Origin: Myxococcota bacterium
Lineage (GTDB): Bacteria > Myxococcota_A > SURF-8
Assembly (NCBI GenBank): GCA_965140415.1
Contig: OZ223209.1
Location: 4,128,001 to 4,192,000 of the forward strand
Direction: 5' to 3'
DNA length: 64,000 bases
Positions 21,398 to 31,240 of this stretch are shown here, in pieces. The notes beneath the pieces were generated by a model that was given only the letters and a program-made list of their open reading frames with translations, was not told the DNA's origin and made no database searches. Numbering within the stretch: position 1 is the first letter of the stretch; every line of letters starts with the position of its first letter. Position numbers and translations under genes: made by a program.

Positions 21398-22168
21398 TTA
21401 CCGATACCGCTCCACCGGGTCCTGCTGGTAAAAACTTTTCAGTTGGTCGTAGAGTTCCGGGTGGCAGCGGGAGAGCTTTTCGGGCTGCTCGAAAAACACC
21501 TCCGTTACCACGGCGAAGAATTCCGGAGGGTTCTTGGTGGCGTAGGGGCGAATGAACGCCGGGCATCGCCCTTCGATTCGCTTGGTGAGATTCTGGTATT
21601 CCTCGCCCAACACTCTGGCCCATGCGATGTAATGCGAGCGCTTCTCCAGTTTCGGCGCGCCGTCGTCCGCTCCGTCTTCGCCGTCCAGCTGATGGGCGAA
21701 TTCATGGAATACGAGGTTGTGCCCGTCGTTCACATCCGCCGCACCCTTTTTGACGTCGTCCCAGGACAGCACCACCTCGCCCCTGCGCCAACTCTCGCCA
21801 AGCCGAACCTCCTGCCTCTCTTCGAGCAGGCCGCCGGGTCCGCGACTAGTCAGAGTCGCCATGTAAGCCTGAGGATAGACGATGATCGTGCTCAGCCCCG
21901 GGTAATAGTCCGTTTTGCGGTGCAGCAGCAGCATACAAGCCTGGGCGGCGATGGTCACACGGATCTCGTCCGTGATCTCCACGCCATGCACGCCTTCGAA
22001 ATGCATTTCCGCAAGGAAGACCTGAATGTGGCCCTTGAGTTCAATCTGCTCTTCGGGCCGAAGCATCTTGTAATATGGCACGTTCCGTTCGATATGCGCG
22101 CACCACTCCTGCGGGAAGGGGTTTTGGCGTATCTTTTCACGCCGTCTGTTTTTGAACCAGCTAAACAT
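21398..22168 (-). CDS. MtfA-like zinc-dependent peptidase (M90)
   Basis: IAAQAC, LGESW, HNLVFHEFAHQLD, YATKNPPEFFAV. Confidence 0.92.
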   Translation of the reverse strand: MFSWFKNRRREKIRQNPFPQEWCAHIERNVPYYKMLRPEEQIELKGHIQVFLAEMHFEGVHGVEITDEIRVTIAAQACMLLLHRKTDYYPGLSTIIVYPQAYMATLTSRGPGGLLEERQEVRLGESWRRGEVVLSWDDVKKGAADVNDGHNLVFHEFAHQLDGEDGADDGAPKLEKRSHYIAWARVLGEEYQNLTKRIEGRCPAFIRPYATKNPPEFFAVVTEVFFEQPEKLSRCHPELYDQLKSFYQQDPVERYR

Positions 22169-22492
22169 GGAAAGGAATCATAGCATCTAATCGTAGAGAT
22201 TCCAACATTTTGAAAAAGGGGCGGTGGCAGAAGCCGATTCTTTTCACTATGAATAAGCTCTGAATAGCAGTCCCTGTTTCATGAGATTGACCTCCTATTG
22301 GGGTGGAAAATTGGGCGCACTTGTCTGGTCTTCAACCGGAATGGATGATTGGAGATGTGCTGAAATGGCTGGGAAAGTCCGGCTAGAATGCGCTGTCTTC
22401 TTCTATGCTTATAACACATAATGAGGTGAAGTTTCGGAACAGGATCGCCTTTCATGGAATATGGATCCAGGGTTTTTCATCTATGAAATATT

Positions 22493-22516
22493 ACGGTATT
22501 CGTAAACGGTATTCGT
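22493..22516. promoter_or_regulatory. tandem ACG-N5-CGT sites, putative PadR operator
   Basis: acggtattcgt exactly repeated at 22493 and 22506, just upstream of the PadR ATG. Confidence 0.55.
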
Positions 22517-22532
22517 TTAGAAAGTTGTCGCA

Positions 22533-22862
22533 ATGAAAGAAGTCGAACGCGAAATTCTATTGGCTTTCTGGAAAATCCACATCCTGCATCACGCAGCCAA
22601 GGAGCCGGTTTACGGCCAGTGGATGCTCACCGAATTGCGCCATCACGGCTACGACGTTAGCCCAGGGACGCTTTACCCGATGCTTAAACGCATGGAGCGC
22701 CACGACTGGCTCGTTTCAGAGCGGGACAAGTCCGCCGGACCAAAGGGTCGCATCGACTACCGCATCACCGAATATGGCCGCGAGGTTCTCACCCTTGTTC
22801 AGCGACAACTTCATGAATTGAGTGATGAATTGGATGAGCAACCGACGACGGCAACACTCTGA
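22533..22862 (+). CDS. PadR family transcriptional regulator
   Basis: YGQWM, SPGTLYPMLKRME, YRITEYG. Confidence 0.93.
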   Translation: MKEVEREILLAFWKIHILHHAAKEPVYGQWMLTELRHHGYDVSPGTLYPMLKRMERHDWLVSERDKSAGPKGRIDYRITEYGREVLTLVQRQLHELSDELDEQPTTATL

Positions 22863-22889
22863 TATGCCACATGGAGAAAGGGAATCACC

Positions 22890-23378
22890 ATGCCATCCAT
22901 ACTCGAAAAAATAAGCCGAACTCACGCCCCGACCGCTATCTGGCTGATCCGACTGGCGCTGGGCGGGGTTTTCCTGTCTGAAGGCATTCAGAAATTCCTC
23001 TACCCGGCAGCTCACGGCGCGGGGCGCTTCGAATCCATTGGGATTCCCGCGCCGGAAATCATGGGACCGTTTATCGGTTCACTAGAAATCGTCTGTGGCT
23101 TATTCGTGCTGGCGGGACTCCTGATTCGCCCGGCAACGGTGATTCTTGGCTCCATCATGGTTGTGGCGATTGTCTCAACCAAGATTCCGATGGGCATCGG
23201 TAGCGGCTACTGGCTCTTCGCCGATCTGGCCGCCAACAAGATCGGCTTCTGGTCCATGCTGCACGAGAGCCGCACGGACTTCGCCATGCTGACCGGTTCG
23301 CTGTTCCTGCTCATCGTCGGAGCCGTACCGCTTTCGTTGGATGCAAAACTCGACCGCTTCCTCAAGGGGGCGTCATGA
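22890..23378 (+). CDS. DoxX family membrane protein
   Basis: RLALGGVFLSEGIQKF, EIVCGL, LSLD. Confidence 0.9.
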   Translation: MPSILEKISRTHAPTAIWLIRLALGGVFLSEGIQKFLYPAAHGAGRFESIGIPAPEIMGPFIGSLEIVCGLFVLAGLLIRPATVILGSIMVVAIVSTKIPMGIGSGYWLFADLAANKIGFWSMLHESRTDFAMLTGSLFLLIVGAVPLSLDAKLDRFLKGAS

Positions 23379-24583
23379 ATGAACAAGATCGTAACACGCA
23401 AAACAATGAAACAACCAACACCGCCGACAGGGAAAACGGGACGACTCCACGGACATCATTGAAAGAACTGGCGCTTCTGTTCTTCCGACTGGGAGCGACG
23501 GCCTTCGGTGGCCCGGCGGCGCACATCGCCATGATGGAAGACGAGGTTGTCAAGCGCCGCAAATGGCTTTCCGAGGAGCGTTTCCTTGACCTGCTCGGCG
23601 CGACGAACCTGATTCCCGGCCCCAATTCTACCGAGATGGCCATTCACATAGGCTGGCAGCGGCGGCGCTGGACCGGGTTGCTGGTGGCTGGATCGGCCTT
23701 CATCCTGCCCGCCATGCTGATCGTCGGCATCTTCGCCTGGGTGTACGTGACCTACGGCTCGCTTCCCCAGGTGGACTGGCTGCTCTACGGCGTCAAGCCG
23801 GTCGTCATCGCGGTGGTGGTGCAGGCGCTCTGGGGGCTTGCGCCGAAGGCGGCCAAGAACTGGCCTCTGCGGATTCTCGCCGTCATCGCCGTCGCGGCGG
23901 TGTTGTTCGGTGTCAACGAGATCGCCGTGCTCTTCGGCGCGGGTGCGGTCATGCTTGTGGGGAGTAAAATCAAATCAGGCGGCGGATCGTCGCTCAACGG
24001 CTTCGCCCCGATTCTGCCCATGCTCAGCCTTTCTGCCGTTAGCCAAACGGTCACGCTTTCGGGCCTGTTTTGGGTCTTCGCCAAGATCGGCTCGGTGCTT
24101 TTCGGCAGCGGTTATGTGCTGTTGGCCTTTCTCCGGGCCGATCTCGTCGAGCGTCTGGGCTGGTTGACCGAGGCGCAGTTGATCGATGCCGTAGCCGTCG
24201 GCCAGGTAACGCCCGGCCCGGTCTTCACCACGGCCACCTTCATCGGCTATCTGCTCTCCGGCCCGACTGGCGCACTGGTCGCCACTGTGGGCATTTTTCT
24301 TCCGGCCTTCATTTTCGTGGCGCTCTCCGGTCCTCTGGTGCCGCGCCTCAGGAATTCTGACCTGGCCGGAGCCTTCCTCGACGGCGTCAACGTCGCCTCG
24401 CTGGCGCTGATGGCGGTCGTGACGGCCTACCTGACCCATGCGGCTGTCGTGGACTGGGCGACGGCGATTCTCGGCGTGTTGAGCGCGATATTACTGTTAC
24501 GCTTCAAGCTGAATTCCACTTGGCTGATCGCGGGCGGTGCGCTGACGGGACTGCTGTTGAAGGGGACGGGGATTTCGTTCTGA
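23375..24583 (+). CDS. chrA: chromate efflux transporter (long-chain CHR)
   Basis: FGGP...PGP and FGSG...QVTPGP in the two halves. Confidence 0.93.
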   Translation: MNEQDRNTQNNETTNTADRENGTTPRTSLKELALLFFRLGATAFGGPAAHIAMMEDEVVKRRKWLSEERFLDLLGATNLIPGPNSTEMAIHIGWQRRRWTGLLVAGSAFILPAMLIVGIFAWVYVTYGSLPQVDWLLYGVKPVVIAVVVQALWGLAPKAAKNWPLRILAVIAVAAVLFGVNEIAVLFGAGAVMLVGSKIKSGGGSSLNGFAPILPMLSLSAVSQTVTLSGLFWVFAKIGSVLFGSGYVLLAFLRADLVERLGWLTEAQLIDAVAVGQVTPGPVFTTATFIGYLLSGPTGALVATVGIFLPAFIFVALSGPLVPRLRNSDLAGAFLDGVNVASLALMAVVTAYLTHAAVVDWATAILGVLSAILLLRFKLNSTWLIAGGALTGLLLKGTGISF

Positions 24584-24731
24584 GAGGTGTAGTAACAATA
24601 GCGGCGGAGATTATTTGCGCCCAGATCCGCGCGGTGCTCTGGCAGACATGGACGATGTCGGCTCCGGTCAGGCCGGGGCAGCCTGTTTCTCTCGAGCGAC
24701 ATGGCAATCCGGCAAACGCATTCCACCTAGA

Positions 24732-24920
24732 TCATCTAAAAGAAGAAGTGAAAGACTCGGATTCAGGATCAGTATGGTCATCGCCATCCGATACATCCCC
24801 ATCGGGATCGGACCCTTCGTTTTCGGACTCTTGCATGTCGCCATCATCGCAGGATGCGAGTAAGAATGTGATGGCAATCGCAATGAATAGATTTCGCAAG
24901 GGCATGGGTTTTATCTCCAT
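24732..24920 (-). pseudogene. truncated lipoprotein (signal peptide + DGD linker only)
   Basis: FLLASC followed by three DGD motifs, then a stop. Confidence 0.5.
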
Positions 24921-25080
24921 GATATTATTATCAGCGGAGAGGATACCGATTGCAAGCATAAGTTATTGACCAGCAAGATCGCCTGTTGACAGCCGCCATG
25001 GGTTCCGGCAAACTCTACATAATCAAATGATCATCAGCCGTGAGAATCAACCTGCAAGCTACTTTTCCGAGGAGACGATT

Positions 25081-25947
25081 ATGCTTTTACTGCAACGCTT
25101 ATTCCCACGAGTCGCTTGTCTGCTAATCCTGCTTATAAGTTATTCAGCCTGCGAAGACGACGACCGCATCTCCTTCACCTCCGACGGCGACGACGCCGAG
25201 TCAGCCTCCGAGACGGAAATGGAAACGGACGGAGACCTCGATAACGAGCGAATGGAGGAGGTGGACAGTTCGCCTGACGGGGATATCGAAACCGAAACGG
25301 AAGAGCAATCCTTGCCATGTGAAGGACCGTGCTCCACCGATGCTTTCGAAGCGTATTGCTCGGACAGCCGCCACCTCTGCGTTTGCGGTGAAAACGGACA
25401 GATGAGCTCCCGGGAGTGCAAAGACCACAGAAGCCGTATGCCCAATGGCTGCAACACTCATTGCCTTTCCCGCGAAGGCGTCGGAGCCGACTGCGTGTGC
25501 ACCAACGGTCTTTGCTTCAACGATTTAGACTGCCGCATCATGGATAAGGGTGATTACTGCGTGTCCTTTCTGATGAACAATTATTGCGCCGCAGAGTGCC
25601 CGGTGGTCACTTGCGATGACGGCTCTCCCTGTATCGACGTTGCCCGCCCCGGCGGACGCGGGGTGTGTTTTCCGCAAGGCATCAAACCGGACGAGGAATG
25701 TCAGGCCGTCGGACTGCCCTGCACCGATGGCAAGCTTTGTTCGACCGTATGCCTGGGCCTCGTCACAGACGGTGCGCTTTTTTGCTTGGAGCCCTGCCAA
25801 GCCCTTTCTAATTCCTGCGCCGAAGACGAAATCTGCATGGGGTATGACCAAGACCGAGACGGTCGCGTGGATCACGGGGTCTGCTCGCAGCCCTTCACCA
25901 GCTATCCGGATTGCGGGTGGCCATCGGAAGATGGCGATGAAAATTAG
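25081..25947 (+). CDS. Cys-rich lipoprotein
   Basis: RBS gagga, YSAC lipobox, DGD linker, more than 20 Cys. Confidence 0.75.
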   Translation: MLLLQRLFPRVACLLILLISYSACEDDDRISFTSDGDDAESASETEMETDGDLDNERMEEVDSSPDGDIETETEEQSLPCEGPCSTDAFEAYCSDSRHLCVCGENGQMSSRECKDHRSRMPNGCNTHCLSREGVGADCVCTNGLCFNDLDCRIMDKGDYCVSFLMNNYCAAECPVVTCDDGSPCIDVARPGGRGVCFPQGIKPDEECQAVGLPCTDGKLCSTVCLGLVTDGALFCLEPCQALSNSCAEDEICMGYDQDRDGRVDHGVCSQPFTSYPDCGWPSEDGDEN

Positions 25948-26284
25948 CCGCAAGAAGGTCGCTCCATTTGCTCTTTAGGATCATTTCGGACGACCTCACC
26001 GCACCGAATGCTTTTTCCAGATCCACTCCGAACCGAATCTGTGATTTCCGGCTTGGCGTCGGAAAACGTTTTCCGCCTTATCCTGCTATAAGAAGAAGCG
26101 CAAGTGCTCCTTCTCCGTCGAATTGCTCGGCTTGAGGATGGATGGCGGGATCGGGTGCTGTAGCGCTTAGGACAACTAACGCTTGATGAACTACCGGATA
26201 AGCAGTTCAGCACCGAGCTTGACGCCTTCGGTTGGAGGCATAGGAGAATCGTCAAGCTCAACGAAATTTTCTATTTTGACTTTA

Positions 26285-27561
26285 GGCAACCTCTATTAAT
26301 GCGTTTTGAGACCGGCGAATTTCACATTTCCTATATTTCAGTTTGAGTTCCAATTTGTTTTACGGATTTCGATGCGTATCCGCCATAGCTTTTCGGATAC
26401 TTTCACATAGGGCTGAAGAGATCCGCCGCGATGCACCCCGATTCATCCCACCGTAGGCGCCAAACCGGCGTAACGGTCCAGGTTGTAGGCCAGATTGCGC
26501 AGGCCGATCTTGACGCTCGCCCGCAACAGCCCCACCGCGTGGACGATCCCATCGCCTGCTCGCTTCGCCTGAATCCCGAACACATGCTCCACTCGACTGC
26601 GTATCCTGGCGCGCGTGCGGTTGCCTCTTTGCTCCCAATCCGTCAAGGGCCGATTGCGATAGCCTTTGCTTTGCAGGTGCTCACGGAAGCCTTTGGCCTT
26701 CAAGTTCTGCCTCTTCTCCTCCGAACGATAGGCGGAATCGGCACATACGTCACGGCTGGTGTTGGATTCATCCAACAACTCCTCGAACACCTGGCTGTCG
26801 TGAACCGCCGCGTCGGTCACGGCGTAGCTCCGGACGAACTTGTGTTTCACATCCACGGATATGTGATTCTTGTAACCATAGTAGGTGACACCGCGTTTCT
26901 TCGTCCAGCGCGCATCCACATCCTTCTGCCGCCGCTTCGCGTCGCTCCAGTCGTCGGGTGCATCGCCTCGCTTGATCTTCTCGTTCTCATCCCGACGGTT
27001 GCGCTGTTTGGGCACGGACACGATACTCGCGTCCACGATCTGGCCCTTCTGCGCCGCAAAGCCGTGCTCGGTCAGAAACGTATTGAACTGCACGAAAATC
27101 GTTTCGACCAGCCCGGCCTCCTTCAACCGTTCCCGAAACAGCCAGATGGTTTTGGCGTCCGGCACGGCGTCACCGAGTTCCAGCCCCACGAAACGCATGA
27201 AGGAAAGGCGGTCGAGCACCTGCTGCTCGGTCTGGTCGTCGGAGAGATTGTAGAGCGACTGCAACACCAGCATCTTGAACATCAGGATCACATCGAAAGG
27301 TTTGCGCCCGGCCGTGCTTTTGCGCTCTTTCTCGTGAATCGTCTCAAGCTCCTCGCGAAAAGATTCCCACTCAATCAGTGCATTCAGCTTGATCAACGGG
27401 TCGCCGTTGCGGTCGATCTTTTTCAGGCGGAACTGTAAATCGAAGAGACCGGGGGACGACATGGCAAAAGACCTTTCAATAGTTGGGAAGAGCGATAATA
27501 CTGAGTATATCAGACAATCATTTTCACTTCATGGAAATTCAGTTCATTTTTAGAGGTAGCC
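26285..27561 (-). mobile_element. IS5-family insertion sequence
   Basis: Imperfect 17-bp TIRs ggcaacctctattaatg (26285-26301) and reverse complement ggctacctctaaaaatg (27545-27561) enclosing a transposase. Confidence 0.85.
26443..27462 (-). CDS. IS5-family transposase
   Basis: GRKPF, LSDDQTE, PDAKTIWLFRE, IVDAS, YGYKNH, ADSAY, RSRVEHVFG. Confidence 0.95.
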   Translation of the reverse strand: MSSPGLFDLQFRLKKIDRNGDPLIKLNALIEWESFREELETIHEKERKSTAGRKPFDVILMFKMLVLQSLYNLSDDQTEQQVLDRLSFMRFVGLELGDAVPDAKTIWLFRERLKEAGLVETIFVQFNTFLTEHGFAAQKGQIVDASIVSVPKQRNRRDENEKIKRGDAPDDWSDAKRRQKDVDARWTKKRGVTYYGYKNHISVDVKHKFVRSYAVTDAAVHDSQVFEELLDESNTSRDVCADSAYRSEEKRQNLKAKGFREHLQSKGYRNRPLTDWEQRGNRTRARIRSRVEHVFGIQAKRAGDGIVHAVGLLRASVKIGLRNLAYNLDRYAGLAPTVG

Positions 27562-27743
27562 TTCAGACGACTGAAACACCTCAAAAAGGCTTCATCCCAT
27601 CTGATTCCTGCTGATTCCGGGTCGTAGAGCCAAGTTACAGCACGAGGACAGCACGAGATGCTGGAAGGAGAGAATCATGATTTGTACCCGATGTGGAGCA
27701 ATTGCCGATGGTACGGTAGAAGGTCTACCGCGTCACCGGTCTT

Positions 27744-28151
27744 TTGCCTGGCCAGTTCCGCCAGCGATATACCAACCAGCCCCTCGGTCGTGACGAGCGC
27801 AAGCGCCTGGTCATCTCTTGCGTGGACAACATGGCGGCTCGCCGGACGATCTGGGAACAGGCAAAGGCGCAAGGCACACGCTCGAAACCGATCACCGTCA
27901 TTGATCCGCGTCAGGGCGGCGAGTACATCGTGATCTACACCGCCAAGTCCCACGGCGACCTGATGGGTGCGCAAGCTTACGAGGATACGCTGCACCCGGC
28001 GGAGGAGTCCATGCAGTTGCCATGCACGGCGCGGGCGGTGATCTACAACTCGATGCTTACCGGCGCGCTGGTGGCCATCCTGGTGAAGAAGCACGCTCGA
28101 GGAGAACCACTACATGCTGACCTGGGTGCAGTGAACCAGCCATCAGTTTAA
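27744..28151 (+). pseudogene. C-terminal fragment of a ThiF/E1-like adenylyltransferase
   Basis: VISCVDNMAARRTIW, IDPRQG, PCTARAVIY; GxGxxG N-terminus absent. Confidence 0.65.
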
Positions 28152-28226
28152 TGGATGGTTGCCGACATCCCGTTGGAAGAACCGAATCAGCTCATTCTGA
28201 AGTTCATCACTACCGGGAACTCGCAC
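28094..28226 (-). repeat. diverged inverted copy of 18557-18683 (3' end of the alpha/beta hydrolase and flank)
   Basis: VPGSDELQNELIRFFQRDVGNHPLN* vs VPGSDVLLNELIRFFSGDVRNAPSD*; DNA similarity continues past the stop. Confidence 0.85.
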
Positions 28227-28471
28227 GCAACTTAGGTCTTCTAAGGACAAGGACCTCTCATATATTGGGAGAGCTAAAGAATCAATAGGGGTCCCAAAAA
28301 GCGAAGGGGAAAGTCGGCTCTGTGACCCCCCTAAAGATATCCAGAATGGCAAAGTTCTCTGTTTTGTTGGCACTCAAAAACTAGCTTCACTCCCCAGTGT
28401 AAGAAAATGCTGTGTATGAAATTCCGATACTACACTGGAACACGTATGGCTTTCCGAGAGAATATCAGATT

Positions 28472-31240
28472 CTATCTAAACAGGCGGGGCTTGAAGCCTG
28501 ATCTTTCTTTTTTCCGCGACAAGTGAAGAGCCGCCAATAAAAACAATAGAAGCATTGCCCATCCGTTTTCGGAATCATTCGCCAGCCAGCAGCCACCCGA
28601 TCCTTCAGAGTCGGAAGGAGAACCGGCGGGCTCGGATTCGTCTGGCTCCGTATCGCCATTGAAAGCATCGTCCGTATCGCCGTCCGTGGTTGGCAGACTG
28701 CATTCGTACGGGGTGTCCAGCCGGGTTTCGGGCAATACGCAGAGGTGGCGGTCGAAGAGCTCCGGGTTGTAATACGCCATGGCGGTGAGGTAGGTCAGCG
28801 TCGCTGCCCAGAGATGCGGGTTGGCGACCTGTTGCTCGTAGACGCCGTTGCTATAAAGAAAGACTTCGCCGTAGTGGCGTGTTTGCGGGGTGGGAAGGTC
28901 GTGGGTTTGGATACGGAGTGCTTCGGCCAGTGTTTCACGATCTTCGCTGTCGCCGAGGGCGAGCGCTGCGGCTAGCGTGACTTTGTTCAGATACGAGCCG
29001 CCATCCGTTTCGCCTCGCAAGACAGCCAGCACGTCATCGAGGTTGATACGCATCTGTTCCTTGGATTTCGCTTCTTTGAAGTCGAAAAGTCTGCCGGGCC
29101 AGATCGCCGTGCTGGAGGCGGCGTGCAGGTTGCTTCCGGGATGGCCGGACAGATTGCGGCGTTCTAGCAGCAGGCCGCTTTCCGAGTCGACGAGATGGGT
29201 GAGGATAGCCTCGCGCAACTCTTCCGCGCGCGCTTCGTAGGCATCTGCCTCCGCGTCGTGTTCGAGCGCACGCGCGATCTTGGCGGCATTGACGAGGCCT
29301 GCGAAGATGGGGCCCGCGCCGAAAAGTGTTGAGGTGTAGGCCGGGTTGTCGTTTTCGTTGGCAGGAGCGGCCAGTCCGGTCTCGGGATCGCGCCAGCGTG
29401 TAAGGAGATCCGCGCCAAGCTTGACCGTAGGCCAGACATCTTTCAGATAAGCGGTTCGGGCGTCGTCGCCTTCGATATATCCCGCGTGATAGCCGTAGTT
29501 CCACAGCAGAAAAGCGGTGTTGTCGATCTCATAGCGAATGAAGCCACCGATCATGCCATCGGCATAGTAATTCATTTCCCAGGCTCCGGCCGGATAGGTT
29601 TCGCTTTCGGGATCGTCCGGGTCCAGCGGCGGCGGCGCGTCGATCAAGGCCTCGGGCTCGGCGGGACTTTTCCTCTGCCAGGCAGCATAGTTGAGCATGC
29701 GCCTCGTAACGAGGTCATGGAGCCCGGCCGCATCGAGCGCTGCATTGAAGAAAGCGCCGTCGCGCGGCCAGTCCTCGCCGTATGCGGGTTGGCGGCTTAG
29801 CGAGGCTACGATCGCGCCGGTGTTTCGGTCGGTCCCGACCAGCAGGTTAACCAGCGTGCGGCGGCAAAAAGCGAGTATGTCGGCATCGTCTGTGTCGGGA
29901 AGCCGAAGCGGTTCAATGCGCGCCATCCAATCGCTGAGTGTCGAATCCAGGTGGTCCTGGAAATCGCTGGCGCGGGCGTGGCTCAATAAAGCGGCCACCT
30001 CCGAAGCGGTGTCGGCGAATCCGAGGTAAAGCGTGGCCTGTTTTCCTTCCGGGCTGCTCACAAGTGTCAGTTCCATCGCGCTGTTGACCTGTCCAGCGGC
30101 GACGTGCGAGCCACCGAGACCGTCTGGTGCGTCCGAGTAAGCATCTTCGGCCTCATATACCCAGCCCTCGCTTTCCCGAACGGCTTCAAGAGCTGGTTTC
30201 ACGCACCGAAGCATGTCGAGCGCGCTCAGGTCCATCGGATCCGCTTCGGGAAAACGTTCGGGGAGCAACAGGATGTTCTCTCCCAGTTCATCGATGGCGG
30301 CGCAAAGCTCTGTGGTGTCGAATCCTATCTGGACGGAGCGGTCCGATACTTTGGCTGCTCCGGACATAGCTATGTATACACCCGGCGCATATTGGGTTTC
30401 CAGGTCGGCGGCGAGTTTGGCCACTGCGTCAGCCGGGATGCTTTCCTCCTGAAGCAGCGTGCCGATCGGGCCGTAGTCGATGGCGGGCGGGATCACGAGA
30501 TCAATCAGGCTGGCGACCTGTCCGGTATCACCAGGCCGGAAGTGGAAGAGAATATCCCGGGCAGCATCGTAAATGGCTGCGAAGTCGTTTCTGGGGTCGA
30601 GTGCCCAATCTGCTATTGGGAGCTTTGGAACGCGGGCGAGTGTGGGCGAAAGATTGGCGTAAGCGATGAGGGAAAGGGGGTCGGCCTGTGCGCCATCTTT
30701 TTGGGTGACATGGACATGACGCGCAAGTACGTCAGTATCCGAGAGAACCAGATCGGTTACGTGAACGGTGATGCCGAGGTTGTCGTTCGTAAGCGTGGTG
30801 ACCACAACAGGTGCGAACTCCGATGCGTAGGAAAGTGATGAGATCCAGCCTTCTCCGCGCAGCCACGTGAAGCGTTCCTCTTCTCCCACCCGATAGCGAA
30901 GGCCGAAAAACGCGCCCATGCCTTCCTTCGCACCGAAACGGGGCCAGGAACGGGCATCCGGGTGATTACTGGTGATGTATGCCAGCTGATCGGTGTAGCT
31001 GGGTGATGGCCAGGTAAGCACACTCAATTCGCCGAATGCGCTAAGTCCGGCAGACAGCCCACCGTTACCGGCGATGGCGTGCACGTTTGTGGCTCCCATC
31101 AAGTGTTCGTTGATGGGAAGGCTGCTCCAATTCTCTGAGGCCGATAAAGGCGCACAGAAAAGAAATAACGAGAACGCGAGCGATACGATGCGTAGTCGGT
31201 GCGGAACGATGGGAGCTGAAGACACTGTATTGATCGGCAT
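28472..31240 (-). CDS. secreted GH15-like six-hairpin glycosidase with MYXO-CTERM-like tail
   Basis: TGAIVAS...YGEDWPRDG, YEIDNT; GSGGC-TM-RKK C-terminus. Confidence 0.75.
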   Translation of the reverse strand: MPINTVSSAPIVPHRLRIVSLAFSLFLFCAPLSASENWSSLPINEHLMGATNVHAIAGNGGLSAGLSAFGELSVLTWPSPSYTDQLAYITSNHPDARSWPRFGAKEGMGAFFGLRYRVGEEERFTWLRGEGWISSLSYASEFAPVVVTTLTNDNLGITVHVTDLVLSDTDVLARHVHVTQKDGAQADPLSLIAYANLSPTLARVPKLPIADWALDPRNDFAAIYDAARDILFHFRPGDTGQVASLIDLVIPPAIDYGPIGTLLQEESIPADAVAKLAADLETQYAPGVYIAMSGAAKVSDRSVQIGFDTTELCAAIDELGENILLLPERFPEADPMDLSALDMLRCVKPALEAVRESEGWVYEAEDAYSDAPDGLGGSHVAAGQVNSAMELTLVSSPEGKQATLYLGFADTASEVAALLSHARASDFQDHLDSTLSDWMARIEPLRLPDTDDADILAFCRRTLVNLLVGTDRNTGAIVASLSRQPAYGEDWPRDGAFFNAALDAAGLHDLVTRRMLNYAAWQRKSPAEPEALIDAPPPLDPDDPESETYPAGAWEMNYYADGMIGGFIRYEIDNTAFLLWNYGYHAGYIEGDDARTAYLKDVWPTVKLGADLLTRWRDPETGLAAPANENDNPAYTSTLFGAGPIFAGLVNAAKIARALEHDAEADAYEARAEELREAILTHLVDSESGLLLERRNLSGHPGSNLHAASSTAIWPGRLFDFKEAKSKEQMRINLDDVLAVLRGETDGGSYLNKVTLAAALALGDSEDRETLAEALRIQTHDLPTPQTRHYGEVFLYSNGVYEQQVANPHLWAATLTYLTAMAYYNPELFDRHLCVLPETRLDTPYECSLPTTDGDTDDAFNGDTEPDESEPAGSPSDSEGSGGCWLANDSENGWAMLLLFLLAALHLSRKKERSGFKPRLFR

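Noticed and set aside
24600-24730. GLTGADIVHVCQ resembling an AAA+ ATPase lid fragment
   Set aside because: Too short to assign without a search
25990-26280. Degraded + strand reading frame next to the IS
   Set aside because: Two internal stops and no family I can recognise
26431-27438. 335-aa ORF antisense to the transposase
   Set aside because: Shadow ORF with no recognisable motifs, fully overlapping a clear transposase
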